NCBI RefSeq assembly: GCF_963921235.1
Contig: NC_086109.1
Span: forward strand, 11,656,001-11,720,000
Length of the DNA: 64,000 nt
DNA from: Mobula hypostoma
Lineage: Eukaryota
Direction of reading: 5' to 3'
The first letter of the stretch is position 1; the number at the start of each line of letters is the position of its first letter. Shown in pieces: positions 26,101 to 35,371 of this stretch. The notes under the pieces are model-generated. The model was not told the origin of the DNA. It saw only the letters and a program-made list of their open reading frames with translations, and made no database searches. Made by a program: the position numbers and the translations under genes.

Positions 26101-29100
26101 TCACCTATATACATAGAGAAATACAGCACAGAAGCAGTACCTTCAGCCCATCTAGTCCATGCCATAAGACCATAAACCCATACACATGGGAGCAGAATTA
26201 GGCCATTTGGCCCATCGAGTCTGCTCTGTCATTCAATTATGGCTGATCCTTTTTTCCCCCTCCTCAACTCCACTGTCTAGCCTTCGCCCCATAACCTTTG
26301 ATGTTGTGTCCAATCAAGAACCTATCTAGCTCTGCCTTAAATACACCCAATGATTTAACCTCCGCAGCTGCCTGTGGTAATAAATTCCTCAAATTCACCA
26401 CCCTCTGGCCAAAGAAATTTCTCAGTACCTCTATTTTAAATGGACGCCCCGCTAGACTCTCCCACCATACGAAACATCCTTTCCACATCTACTCTGTCGA
26501 AAGGTTTCAATGAGATCCCCCCCCCACCATCCTTCTAAATTCCATTGAATACAGACCCAGACCTATCAAATGTTTCTCGTATGATAACCCTTTCATTCCC
26601 AGAATCATTCCCCTGAACCTCCTCTGAACCTTCTCCAGTGCCAGCACATCTTTTCTTAGATGCGGAGCCCAAACCTATTCACAATACTTAGGTTGAGGCC
26701 TCACCAGTGCTTTACAAAGCTTCACATCCCCGCTTTTGTGTTCTAGACCTCTTGAAATGAATGCTAACATTGCATTCGCCTTCCTCACCACTGACTCTAC
26801 CTGCAAGTTAACCTTTAGGGTGTTCTGTGCGAGGACTCCCAAGTGTCTTTGCATCTCAGATTTTTGGATTTCCTCCTGATTTAGAAAATAGTCTCAACAT
26901 TTATTTTCACTGACAAAGTGCATGACCATGCACTTTCCACATTGTATTTCATTTGCCACTCTCTTGCCCACTCTCCTAATCTGTCTAAGTCCTTCTTCAG
27001 CCAGCCTGTTTCCTCAACACTACCGTTGTTGAATGCCAAAACTATTTAAACTGCACATAATTGTTCTGTGAATTTTCCTGTAATTAAGGTGCAGTTGCTT
27101 CTGTATTTTTCTAGAAACTTCTTTGTTTGTAGAAGCAGGTGTCACGTCACCTGAATGTTGCTATTCTGGAGTTAGGGTATACGGCAGATTGGATTTAAAA
27201 AGCAGCTCAGAAAAATTAAACCTCAGATGCCTGAATGTGCATGAATGCTGCCTCGAGCCAGTGGATATTAACATTCATTTTGGGTGTCCGGAGTGTGGGT
27301 GCAAGGAAGGAGGTGTGTGACAAATATATGTAATTCAAAGGAAGCATTGTAGATACATTGTAACTGTAGAGTTGTTCCACTGTTACCTTTGATCTTTAGC
27401 CTATAAAAATGTCATGTAATATTGGGTTGGGAGACCTCTTCTTATGAGAGTGTTTCAATATGATGCCTGCTGCTCATTTGTTGAGTAAAAAAACTTCTAT
27501 CTCCACTGGATTCAGTGTCTTTCTGGTGGCTTTGTTCATGACACAACACTACTTTACAGGTTTTTTGACATCACCGGAATTTGCAGTTATCTGTAGTCTA
27601 GTATGAGACAACCACGACTAATTTTAGATTGTTTTCTGCTTTGTCTTTTCAGCACTTCTTTGTTTTGTTCTTCTTTGCTCTGGTAACATTTGATTAGATG
27701 GCTGTGAGTAGCAAGTTTTATGCTTCATTCTTGAACCACTGGATCTCAAAAGTAGTAGGATCCAATGAAGGCCATGATAGGGGTGTCTATACTTAGAGGG
27801 GTAAATGTTTAAGTCGAGAAGCAGGTGGTTCAAAGGGGATCCAGGTGCTAAACTTTTCACACAAAAAGCAGTTGGTATCTCGAATGAACTAGCAGAGAAG
27901 GTGTGAAGGAGAAACAGTGACAGTGATTAAGAGGCAGCTGGAAACATACCTGAATGAGCAGACACAGCAGAACATGGAAGTAATGCCAGCAAGTGGGGTT
28001 AGTTTAAGTAGGCATGATGGTAGGCGGTGGGCTAAAAAGTCTCCTTCTATACTGGACAACTTGATGGCTCTGTCACTCAATGAGACATTGCAACAAATTC
28101 TTCAAATGAAAAACAAGCACTTCCCCATTTCTGATGTTTCTGACAACTGTGTTTCACATTTTTTTTATTAGTGACCTGTGGTTTTAGTTTGAAATTTTCC
28201 TCTGCAGTATGTTGAGGAAGTACTGGGCGGCTTTCGTATACTAACCACCCCACCGAGAGCTAGCGTTCTGTTCCAGTAAAAGCTCAGTGAGTGATGATCT
28301 GGTCATCAAGTCAGCGCTAACTCCAGAAACCTGGGAACTGAGGGGGTGCTGTACTGAGGGAGCTCAGCACTGTTGCAGGTACTGACTGCCACGGCTGTCC
28401 TGGGCCCAACATATCGATGCAGCTACAAAGAAGGCATGACAGCAGCTATATTTCATTAGGAATTGGAGGTAATTTGGTGTGTTGCCAAAATCACTCAGAA
28501 ATTTCAATACATGTACAGTGGATAGCATTCTAACTGACTGCATCACTGTCTGATGTGGGGAGAGGTGCTACTGCACAGGATCAAAATAAGCCGCAGAGTT
28601 GTAAACTTAGTCAGCTCCATCATGGGCACTAGCCACAGCATCCACGACCTCTTCAAAGACTGGTGCTTCAAAAAGGTGGCATCCGTCATTAAGGACCCCC
28701 ATCACCCAGGGAATGCTCTCTTCTCATTGCTAACCTCAGGGACGATGTACAGAAGCCTGAAGGCACCCAATTAATAACTCAGGAACACCTTCTTCCTCTC
28801 TCCCATCCGATTTCTGAATGGACATTGAACTCATGAAGACCACCTCACTACTTTTTAAAAATTCTTATTTTTGCACTACTTATTTAATTTAACTACTAAT
28901 GAATAAATAAATAAATAAATATATATATCTCCTACAAATCCTACCTTGGCGCCTCACCATAGCGTAGGAGTGACACTGGCCGAACATCAGCGAAGCACGG
29001 CGGAGATTCGTTCTCTGGCAGGTCTAACCTAGCCGTGAAGGTGATGTTCCATCGGTATACTACTAGACTAGATCTAGTAGTAGGATCGTGGCTAGCTAAG

Positions 29101-32100
29101 TCAAGGAGGTAAGTCAGTATATATATCTACTGCAATACAGTTTTTTTCTTTTACTATGTATCGCATTGATCTGTTAAAACAAAGATAACAAATCACCGAC
29201 ATATGCTGGTGATGTTAAACCTGATTTTGGTTCTGATTCTGATTGATAAAACTTTTAGCTGAGCCACTCTCTGATCTTTCAAGTAACTGCAGAACGAGGG
29301 TAAATACAAGCAGGCTTTTTCTCCCGAGGTTGAGTGAGACTAGAACGAGAGGTCATAGGTTGAAAGTGAAAGGTGAAATATCTAAGGGGTAACTGAAGGC
29401 GATTTGCTTCATCAGAGGGTGGTAAAAGTGTGCTAGCAGAAGTAGTGGATGAGGTTCAATTGTAACATTGGGGAAGGTTTGGATAAGTGCATGGATGAGA
29501 GGGTGTGGAGGACGAACGTCTGGGTGCAGGTAGATGAGACTAGGCAGATAGAACAGATTGACATGGACTAGATAGGCTGGATGGACTGTTTCTTTGCTGT
29601 AGTAATCTCCGACTCTATCAAAGTAAATTTATTGTCAAAGTCAGCATATACTATCTTGAGATCATTATCTTGTAGGCTTTCACAACAGAACAAACAAGTA
29701 CAATAGAATTGATAAAAATCACCCCAAAGCAGAGACTGACAAACAACCAATGTGCAAAAGAAGACAACTTGTGCAAATACAATAAAAAGTGAATTACTAA
29801 ACAAATAAGCAAGTAAATAAATAAACAAACAGGTAAATGGATGAATACTTAAATAAATGAATAAATAAATAAAACAAAACAAAACCAAGTTGTAGAGTGG
29901 CTATGACTGGTGTTGTTTTGTACAAAAATATGTGACTGATTTGCGTTCCTAGACAAGAAGTATGCTACCGCTGTCATCCCCAAAGCTGACTTTCGCACAA
30001 ATGACCACATTGGCATTTGTGGGAGGTTGCTGTATACTAGTTGGTTTCTGGTTTTGCCACAACTACATGTGCTCATAACAATCACAGCAACAACAGCTTG
30101 CAATTACCCCTGGAGGACTCCTCTGTCAGCTCACATCATCCGGGCTACTTGCTAATAAGGTTAGTATCAGAATCGGGCTTGATATCACTGGCGTATGTCG
30201 TGAAACTTGTTGTTATGAGGCAATTCATAATAATAAAGACCGTGAATTATAGTAAGAAGTATATGTTTTTGAAGTTAAATTAAATAAGTAGTGCAAAAAG
30301 AGACAAAAAAAGATGTTCAATATCCATTCGGAAATCTTATGGCAGAGGGGAAGAAGCTGTTCCTGAATCATTGAGTGTGTGCCTTCAGGCTCCTGTACCT
30401 CCTCCCTGATGGTAATGGTGAGACGGGGGCATGTCCTGCGTTTGGTGGGTCATTAATGATGGATGCCGCCTTTTTGAAGTACCGCTCCTTGAAGATGTTA
30501 ACATTTGATGTAGCAATGTTTATCAAAATATATTAATTTATCTGATGTGAACCAGCAGAATGATTGTTCCCCTTGTTCTCGACTTACACCTCCTCTACCC
30601 TTCCATTTCTGCTGAATCACTCAGGGCCACACATTGTACTTGCGTGCAAATAAACCTTCCTCTTTCAGCGTAAAGCATCAGTTAATTGTGGCGTGGTGTG
30701 GGAACAATCCGTGGCTCTTCTAGCCATTTTACCATCGGCCAATCATGAACATGCTGGTCCACTTTTGTTTTGCCTGGATTGGTGTAGTTGCAGGAATGCT
30801 CCAAATTTTTAACATAGCTTGGTGGAACATTGTCTGCTTGACTTTGATCCCACCCACCACCACAATCATCCCGTTCCTGCGTAGTGACTGCAGACTCCTC
30901 AGAACGTATGTATTTACTTGTCTCGGCTCCCCCAGTTTCTCATGGGTTGCCATGGCATCATTGAGATATATATATATATACTTGTTTATTTACTGAGATA
31001 CAGTGTGGAATAGGCCCTTCCAGACCTTCAAACCTCTCCACTAAGCAATCCCCTGATTTAATCCTAGCCTAATCACGGGACAATTTACAATGATCAATTA
31101 ACTTACTGACTTTTACTGTCGTTGGGCTGGAGGAAACCCATGCAGTGCAAACTCCTTACAGGCAGCGACGGGAATTGAAACCTTTGATCACTGGTATTGT
31201 AAAGCACTGTGCTAAGCACTACGCTACCATGCCACCCCATACCACGACAGCATTGTGATCCCTACTGATGATTGATCCAACTCTCTCCTACCAATAATGG
31301 TAATGGTGGTCTGCTTTCCTTCTTCAATGTCAACCCCTGTCACTACACTTGGGTTCACAGGAAATCAGTCGATCATACAAAAGGTAGGAGGACTTGCCAT
31401 GAATGTTACAGGACTGAGGGAATATCTATGACTCTGTGTTTCAACTGTTAAAGGGCAGTTCAAATTGTAGGATTACAAGTACCCGGAGAAAGTAGCTACT
31501 GTTAAAAAACAGTCGTCCGTACTTGACATGGACACAAAGGGGGCAAGTGTATGGAACAGAGCTCTTGGGTTAAGATCAGAAATGGTGGAATCAGCTATAG
31601 AGGTTTGAGTGGGATAACTGAATGATAGATACTGCTTTAAATAGCCAAGAATGATAAGAATAACACATTTTGTGTTTCTATTTTGATTTTAAAAAACCTT
31701 GAAGGTGCACATCGGTATCGTTGTTTTGCCGCTTCCCAGCAAATCTGTCTGGAATATCTGAACCACATTTCAGCCAAATGAAGCAAAACAGTGTTGGGTA
31801 CATTGATAAGAAGAATCCTTAGAGTTATGGAAAGGATGTATGTTTGGGTGTCTGGCATGGAGATCTGGGTTCCAAGAGATGGGTAATATAACGATCATGG
31901 GCACAGGCAGGAATGTGTCACTCAGACAGAGAGATTGTCTCTGTGAGAGGTTCACCGCACCATCCACCCCCTGGCCCTCTGCCCCACACTTCTGTCTCAC
32001 TGTCCCCACCACCCTCCGCACTGAAACATGAACCTCCATCCCGCTGTCCCACGCCACTTGTCAAACTGAAACACACACACGCACCATCTCATTGCCCCAC

Positions 32101-34044
32101 ACACCTCCATTGCACTGCTCCAGAACCTCGCCCCATTGACACACATACCCTCCCATTCCACTGCCCCACACATCTCCATTCCCTTGCTCCAGGACCTTGT
32201 TCCATTGAAACACATACCCTCCCATCCCAATGCCTGACACACCTTCAATCCACTGCTTCAGAACCTCGTCCCATCAAAACTTACCCTCTCCCATCCCACT
32301 GAGAAGTTCTCTTATATCCCTTCTCATCCTAAATTATCCACGCCCGTGCCTACATCAAGACCAGTACTGGTCTGCTGTTAGCAGCTAAATTAGGTGCATT
32401 TGTGGTCCTGATCTGCAGTTTCAACCTACAATGTTGACATTTTCTTCTCCTTTCCCACAGATGCCACTCGATCCGATGAGTTCCTTTAGCAAACAATATT
32501 GCTGCAGACTTCAGCATCTGCAGCTCTCATATAGCCACATTGTTACCTTACCTACCATCCCAAATATTGTATCAGCTTTGCATAATCAAATAAGATACAG
32601 GAGCAGAATTAGGCCATTTGGCCCATTGAGGCTGCTATGTCATTCAATCATGGCTGATTTAACTTCCCTCTGCTTTAAATAAACCCAGTAACTTGACCTC
32701 CACAGATGCCTGTTGCAAAGAATTCCACAGATTCACTACCCTCTGCCAAAAGAAATTCCTCCTCATCTCTGCTGTAAAGGGGTGTCCCTCTCTTCTGAGG
32801 CTGTGCCCCCTGGCCCTTGACTCTCCCACTATGAGAAACATCCACCCCAGATCCACTCTATCGAAGGCTTTCAATATTCAATAGGTTTCAATGAGATCCC
32901 TCCTCATTCTTCTGAACTCCAACAAGTACCAGGCCCAGAGCCATCAAATGGTCCTCGTATGTTAACCCTTTCATTCCCGGGATTATTCTTGTGAATCTCC
33001 TCTGGGCTCTTTCTAATGCTAGCACACCTTTTCTTAGATAAGGGCTCAAAACTGCTCACAGTTCTATAGGAACCATCCTCTCCACATCCACTTTATCTAG
33101 GTTTTTCAATATTCAATAGGTTTCAAAGAGAATTTCCCCCCCCCCACTCATTTTCCTCATGATTACAGAAAGAACGTAGTCAAATATCAGAACATGTTGT
33201 TTTAAAGGCAGTTTATTAACAAACACATTTAATGTTTTTACACTTTTTTCCTCATCATTACTTGTGAAACAGTAATTATTTGATGAATTGCATAATAGCC
33301 CAATGGGGCTTTCACAAACATCTGGTGTTGCAATTGTTTTAAAAAGAAGCTCCATTGAGGCTTTTGACGGCATTTCCTCTATAAAACTAAAAATGATTGA
33401 TGGCTCTGTTAGAGAGTGAATCCACAAATTGCTCTTCACTGAACCTCTTCAGTTGTTTTAGTGTAGAGCGTTTACTCCTACTGCTGAAAAAGTGCTCAAC
33501 AGGTTGCAGTACACAAATGAGGAAGATTTGTCTCTTAACAACACTGACAAGATATCTGGGCTTATAGTTCAATACCCGGCTGAGGAAGTGCCAACTGAGA
33601 TGAAGAAGCACATTAACATGTGATCTGATAAATATAACGTGAAGGTTTAAAGTATCAATTACAGAAGCATTATGATTGCAGTCCATTTTGTTGAGAATGG
33701 ATCAATCCTGAATATTGAGCAGTGCTGTGACTAGAAGTTCTCCTCCTTTTCGTGGACAGACGTCTCATGAACATAGCAAAGGCCGTCTTGTGTCTCAGTG
33801 CTGGATTTGGTTGTTGTCGTGCCACTCGTGGTACTTCCTCCTTCATCCCTAGAGGACTGCAGAATCATGTTGACAATGTTAAATGATACTACATCAGTTG
33901 ATCTCCACATGAAGAAAACTTAAACTTTGGTATTAGTGATGGATCCCACCCTTACATGATATATTTTTCACTGTTTTAATTCTTACCAGAATTTAATAGC
34001 AACAGCAAAATAACTTGGATGAGGAGGCTAGCTGTACAATTCAT
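5079..34044 (-). CDS. Gene A: CD300/CMRF35-like (pIgR-like family) single Ig-V type I receptor, complete 5-exon model, 219 aa, activating-type
   Basis: Exons 34044-33987, 21868-21545, 14927-14870, 6888-6781 and 5190-5079 (58+324+58+108+112=660 bp). All introns are GT-AG and phases match (1,1,2,2). Spliced protein: [219 protein letters not shown]. Confidence 0.8.
5440..6067 (+). mobile_element. CR1 LINE 3' fragment, degenerate
   Basis: Relic of the ORF2 C-terminus (QFSAP...[22 protein letters not shown]) followed by a CR1-type tail (cttctcctatgttttgtggtcttatg). Confidence 0.8.
6280..6650 (-). repeat. L2/Rex-Babar-type LINE 3' tail fragment
   Basis: Tail motif ...ctggagaagacaaatctcagggttgtatcctgcatacata on the minus strand; related tails recur across the window (e.g. 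~39660-39900, 50040-50270). Confidence 0.5.
6781..6888 (-). CDS. Gene A exon 4, transmembrane exon with Arg
   Basis: Acceptor ttccttcatccatcag| and donor CAAAG|gtatat; reads [35 protein letters not shown], phase 2 to 2. Confidence 0.8.
7426..11330 (-). mobile_element. Near full-length CR1 LINE, disrupted (ORF1 zinc-finger/leucine-zipper/esterase; ORF2 EN-RT in at least 5 pieces)
   Basis: ORF 10475..11371 has CLECQ...CTRC, a heptad region, GDSIVRG and DGLHLN. ORFs 10032..10373, 8917..10044, 8383..8898, 7898..8248 and 7518..7964 give EN and RT ([15 protein letters not shown]). The 3' tail is tcttgtgatcttgtg. Confidence 0.93.
11345..13760 (-). mobile_element. R4/Dong-clade non-LTR retrotransposon relic with RT and a C-terminal restriction-like endonuclease (RLE)
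   Basis: Hand translation of the minus strand gives [36 protein letters not shown] (~13450-13600), [10 protein letters not shown] and [24 protein letters not shown] (~12720-12900), and [15 protein letters not shown]...[12 protein letters not shown]...[17 protein letters not shown] (~11530-11720; PD..D/E-x-K-like RLE). There are many stops. Confidence 0.85.
11778..12081 (-). mobile_element. tRNA-headed SINE inserted into the R4/Dong relic, 8-bp TSD
   Basis: TSD agtaaggt at 11770-11777 and 12082-12089. The minus-strand head ggcgcatgggcaagtagttaaggcgtc...agttcgagcc is A/B-box-like, followed by gtgtccttgagcaaggcac. Removing the insert restores ...ETTPYFKY... in the host ORF. Confidence 0.85.
13770..14830 (-). 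mobile_element. Degenerate CR1 ORF2 fragments
   Basis: Relic motifs VVMSI(YL)[10 protein letters not shown] (~13810-13880) and [20 protein letters not shown] (ORF 14439..14621). Confidence 0.7.
14870..14927 (-). CDS. Gene A exon 3, Ser/Thr-rich stalk
   Basis: Acceptor ttcacag| and donor AACAG|gtaaga; reads (E)[18 protein letters not shown](R), phase 1 to 2. Confidence 0.75.
15150..15435 (+). mobile_element. RTE-clade endonuclease fragment
   Basis: Translates to relics such as [30 protein letters not shown] and [12 protein letters not shown], which are RTE APE-domain-like. Confidence 0.6.
15490..17102 (+). mobile_element. 5'-truncated CR1 LINE (RT and 3' end)
   Basis: ORFs 15450..15812, 16056..16382 (KFADDTK) and 16527..17006; tail ccgactcctgctcctgtttattatgttct. 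Confidence 0.9.
17105..17800 (-). mobile_element. Rex1/Babar-like LINE RT fragment, degenerate
   Basis: The minus strand gives [17 protein letters not shown]-like and ADDTTIVG-like ([14 protein letters not shown]) relics. Confidence 0.55.
17995..18510 (-). mobile_element. Penelope-like element 3' fragment (GIY-YIG C-terminus plus pLTR)
   Basis: ORF 18331..18579 contains [28 protein letters not shown], followed by a pyrimidine-rich pLTR ending ...gacctgcagaattccttcaacattttggatgttgc. Confidence 0.75.
18975..20940 (-). mobile_element. 5'-truncated CR1 LINE, frameshifted
   Basis: ORFs 20746..20958, 20509..20712, 19457..20059 ([17 protein letters not shown]) and 19359..19547; tail gttttctatgtttctatg. 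Confidence 0.9.
21545..21868 (-). CDS. Gene A exon 2, Ig V domain
   Basis: Lies inside ORF 21342..21878. Acceptor tgcag|, donor GAAG|gtatgt. Motifs are G-Q-S-I-T-V-E-C-x-Y, WC-x6-C (the extra C-C' disulfide pair of CD300/pIgR/TREM V domains) and D-E-G-L-Y-Q-C. Confidence 0.93.
22085..22175 (+). repeat. HE1-SINE/CR1-type 3' tail fragment
   Basis: ttctcaggggcgattagggatgagtaatgaatgctggcc resembles the shark HE1/HER1 tail as I recall it. Confidence 0.45.
22455..23085. mobile_element. Two CR1 3' ends joined head-to-head (minus 22455-22620, plus 22621-23085)
   Basis: The minus part matches 18975-19140. The plus part (ORF 22625..22927 and tail gtactgtgctgtactattctatg) is the reverse complement of ~52030-52490. 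Confidence 0.85.
26165..27025 (-). mobile_element. CR1 LINE 3' fragment
   Basis: ORF 26264..26488 ([13 protein letters not shown]...GIKGYG-like) and tail ctgctcccatgtgtatgggtttatggtcttatg. Confidence 0.85.
27027..27548 (+). mobile_element. Probable solo LTR
   Basis: Bounded by TGTTG...CAACA, 522 bp, with an internal ctataaaa TATA-like box (~27400) and a poly(A)-like agtaaa. The CR1 on the left ends abruptly at this boundary. No clean TSD. Confidence 0.45.
28555..29245 (+). mobile_element. Rex1/Babar/L2-type LINE 3' end, interrupted by an unknown insertion
   Basis: ORF 28553..28774 ([29 protein letters not shown]) and a (tctgat)n tail. A sister copy at ~37225-37660 lacks the insertion. Confidence 0.8.
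28931..29118. mobile_element. Unclassified 188-bp CpG-rich, highly structured insertion with a 10-bp flanking direct repeat
   Basis: atatatatct at 28921-28930 and 29119-29128. The insertion is absent from the sister LINE tail near 37540. Several perfect internal stems (see findings). Confidence 0.75.
32085..32300. repeat. 69-bp minisatellite, about 3 degenerate copies
   Basis: tgccccac/tgcctgac recurs at 32093, 32162 and 32231. It reads as 23-aa repeats (PSHCPTHLH...THTL) in ORF 31913..32302. Confidence 0.8.
32590..33140 (-). mobile_element. CR1 3' fragment with internal duplication
   Basis: ORF 32659..32874 ([30 protein letters not shown]). The segment ttcaatattcaataggtttca occurs twice (~32870 and ~33105). 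Confidence 0.8.
33987..34044 (-). CDS. Gene A exon 1, signal peptide
   Basis: ATG at 34044 reads [19 protein letters not shown], then G|gtaaga (phase-1 donor). It joins the V exon in frame to give ...[13 protein letters not shown]. Confidence 0.8.
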
Positions 34045-34239
34045 TTTACATTACTTTACTTACTGCCTGTTAGATTACTAACGTTGAGGACAGCAGTGAA
34101 GGCCCTCTATCTCTGGCGGGTTCAGGGCTTCCTCCATTATGCCAGTAGCTTCCTCTCGGTTTTCACTACTGTTAGTCATACAAGTCTCAGGTGGAGACTC
34201 AGGAATACCATTGCATTCATAAATAGAAGGATTCTTCAT

Positions 34240-34470
34240 TGCTTTTTCCGTAACAGTTTTGTTTCACCAGTCAGGGTTGTTGGCCGTGGGCTGAACCCCT
34301 GAACCTGGAGGACCGGTGGGCCACTCTTAGTCTGACCTCTGCCCTTTGACCTGTTTGGCATGGGTGACCCAACCAAGAGCCAAAGCATAAAGCCCTGACT
34401 CCTGCCAACATAGCTCTCTGGGTCACTGAGGCATGCAAGCCTTTAAACCCAACGACAAGGTTGTTGGCGG
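34240..34470 (-). mobile_element. RTE-clade 5' fragment just upstream of gene A
   Basis: The minus strand reads aaccttgtcgttgggtttaaaggcttgcatgcc...gggtcacccatgccaaacaggtcaaagggcagaggtcagac, the same motif family as 4132-4544. Confidence 0.6.
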
Positions 34471-35170
34471 CACTTTACACAAAAGATGGTACGTTGATGG
34501 AACTAGAAGAGCCATTTTCTCATTGCTTCAGTGACCCAAGTTCAATCCTAATCTCCAGAGCATCTGCAGATTCTGCATATTCTTCATAGCATTTTGTGGG
34601 TATCCTTCCATACCTCAAACAAGTGCTGGCTGATAGGTTAATTGTCTGCAGTAAGTTACCTCTAGTGTGAGTGGGTGGTGGAATTTGGAACATGGGAGAA
34701 TAAATTCCAGGTAAAAATAGTGAGGAATCGGGACTGTTGTGTGAGCCAGCACAGATTCATTAACATACACAAATTGTTGGAGGAACTCAGCAGGTCAGGC
34801 AGTATCTATGGCAAGGAATAAACAGTTGGCATTTCAAGCTGAGACCTTTCATCAGGACTGGACAGAAGGGGAGGAATTGTTAAAATTTAAACAGATTTGT
34901 TAAAATTCATTGTGCTAGCCACTATGTGGCACAGTAGCATAATGGTTAGCACAATGTATTCCAGTTCCTGAGATCTGGGTTCACTTCCCGGCACTGCCTA
35001 AATTGGGGGATTGCTGGGCGGCATGGCTTGAAGGGTCAAAAGGGCCTATTCCACACTGTATCTCAATAAATATGTAAATAAAGTGAAATGGCCTACTTCT
35101 GTGGGATAAGGAAATGTGGAAATGTAGTCATTTCTTCAAAAACGAAAGTCAAAGGATGGTTCATGGAAGG

Positions 35171-35371
35171 CTAGAGGGACATCTGCAAGAAACTGGGTTT
35201 TCGTATTTCCATGCAGCACTGAGGAACAGCCTGGACTGGATTAGGGTGAGGAACTATAGGTCTGATGGCCAACTCACTCCCTGAATTTTTCATCACCACC
35301 ACAGCTTCTTCCATGAGTTGCTGGGCTTCTTGGGGACCTAGAAATGTACATAGTCCTTCCTCCTTCTTATC
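35171..35371 (-). CDS. Gene B terminal cytoplasmic exon (probable)
   Basis: Acceptor tcttctatttcttcag|; phase 0 reads DKKEEGLCTFLGPQEAQQLMEEAVVVMKNSGSELAIRPIVPHPNPVQAVPQCCMEIRKPSFLQMSL* (3' part of ORF 35171..35476). Confidence 0.55.
   Translation of the reverse strand, partial: DKKEEGLCTFLGPQEAQQLMEEAVVVMKNSGSELAIRPIVPHPNPVQAVPQCCMEIRKPSFLQMSL

Noticed and set aside
29103-29112. aaggaggt, a perfect Shine-Dalgarno-like or 16S 3'-end complement
   Set aside because: No start codon or ORF follows and there is no other rRNA-like sequence. It is not evidence of bacterial contamination.
33113-33686. Minus-strand ORFs 33113..33439 and 33387..33686 in non-repeat intron sequence
   Set aside because: No recognisable domain and no phase-compatible splice sites linking them to gene A.
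33731-33856. Acceptor plus a 41-codon Ser/Thr-rich frame ([12 protein letters not shown]...DGLCYVHE...) 130 bp inside gene A intron 1
   Set aside because: It is open only in phase 0 or 2. Splicing from the phase-1 leader exon hits a stop after two codons, and using it as a gene B exon would require interleaved genes.
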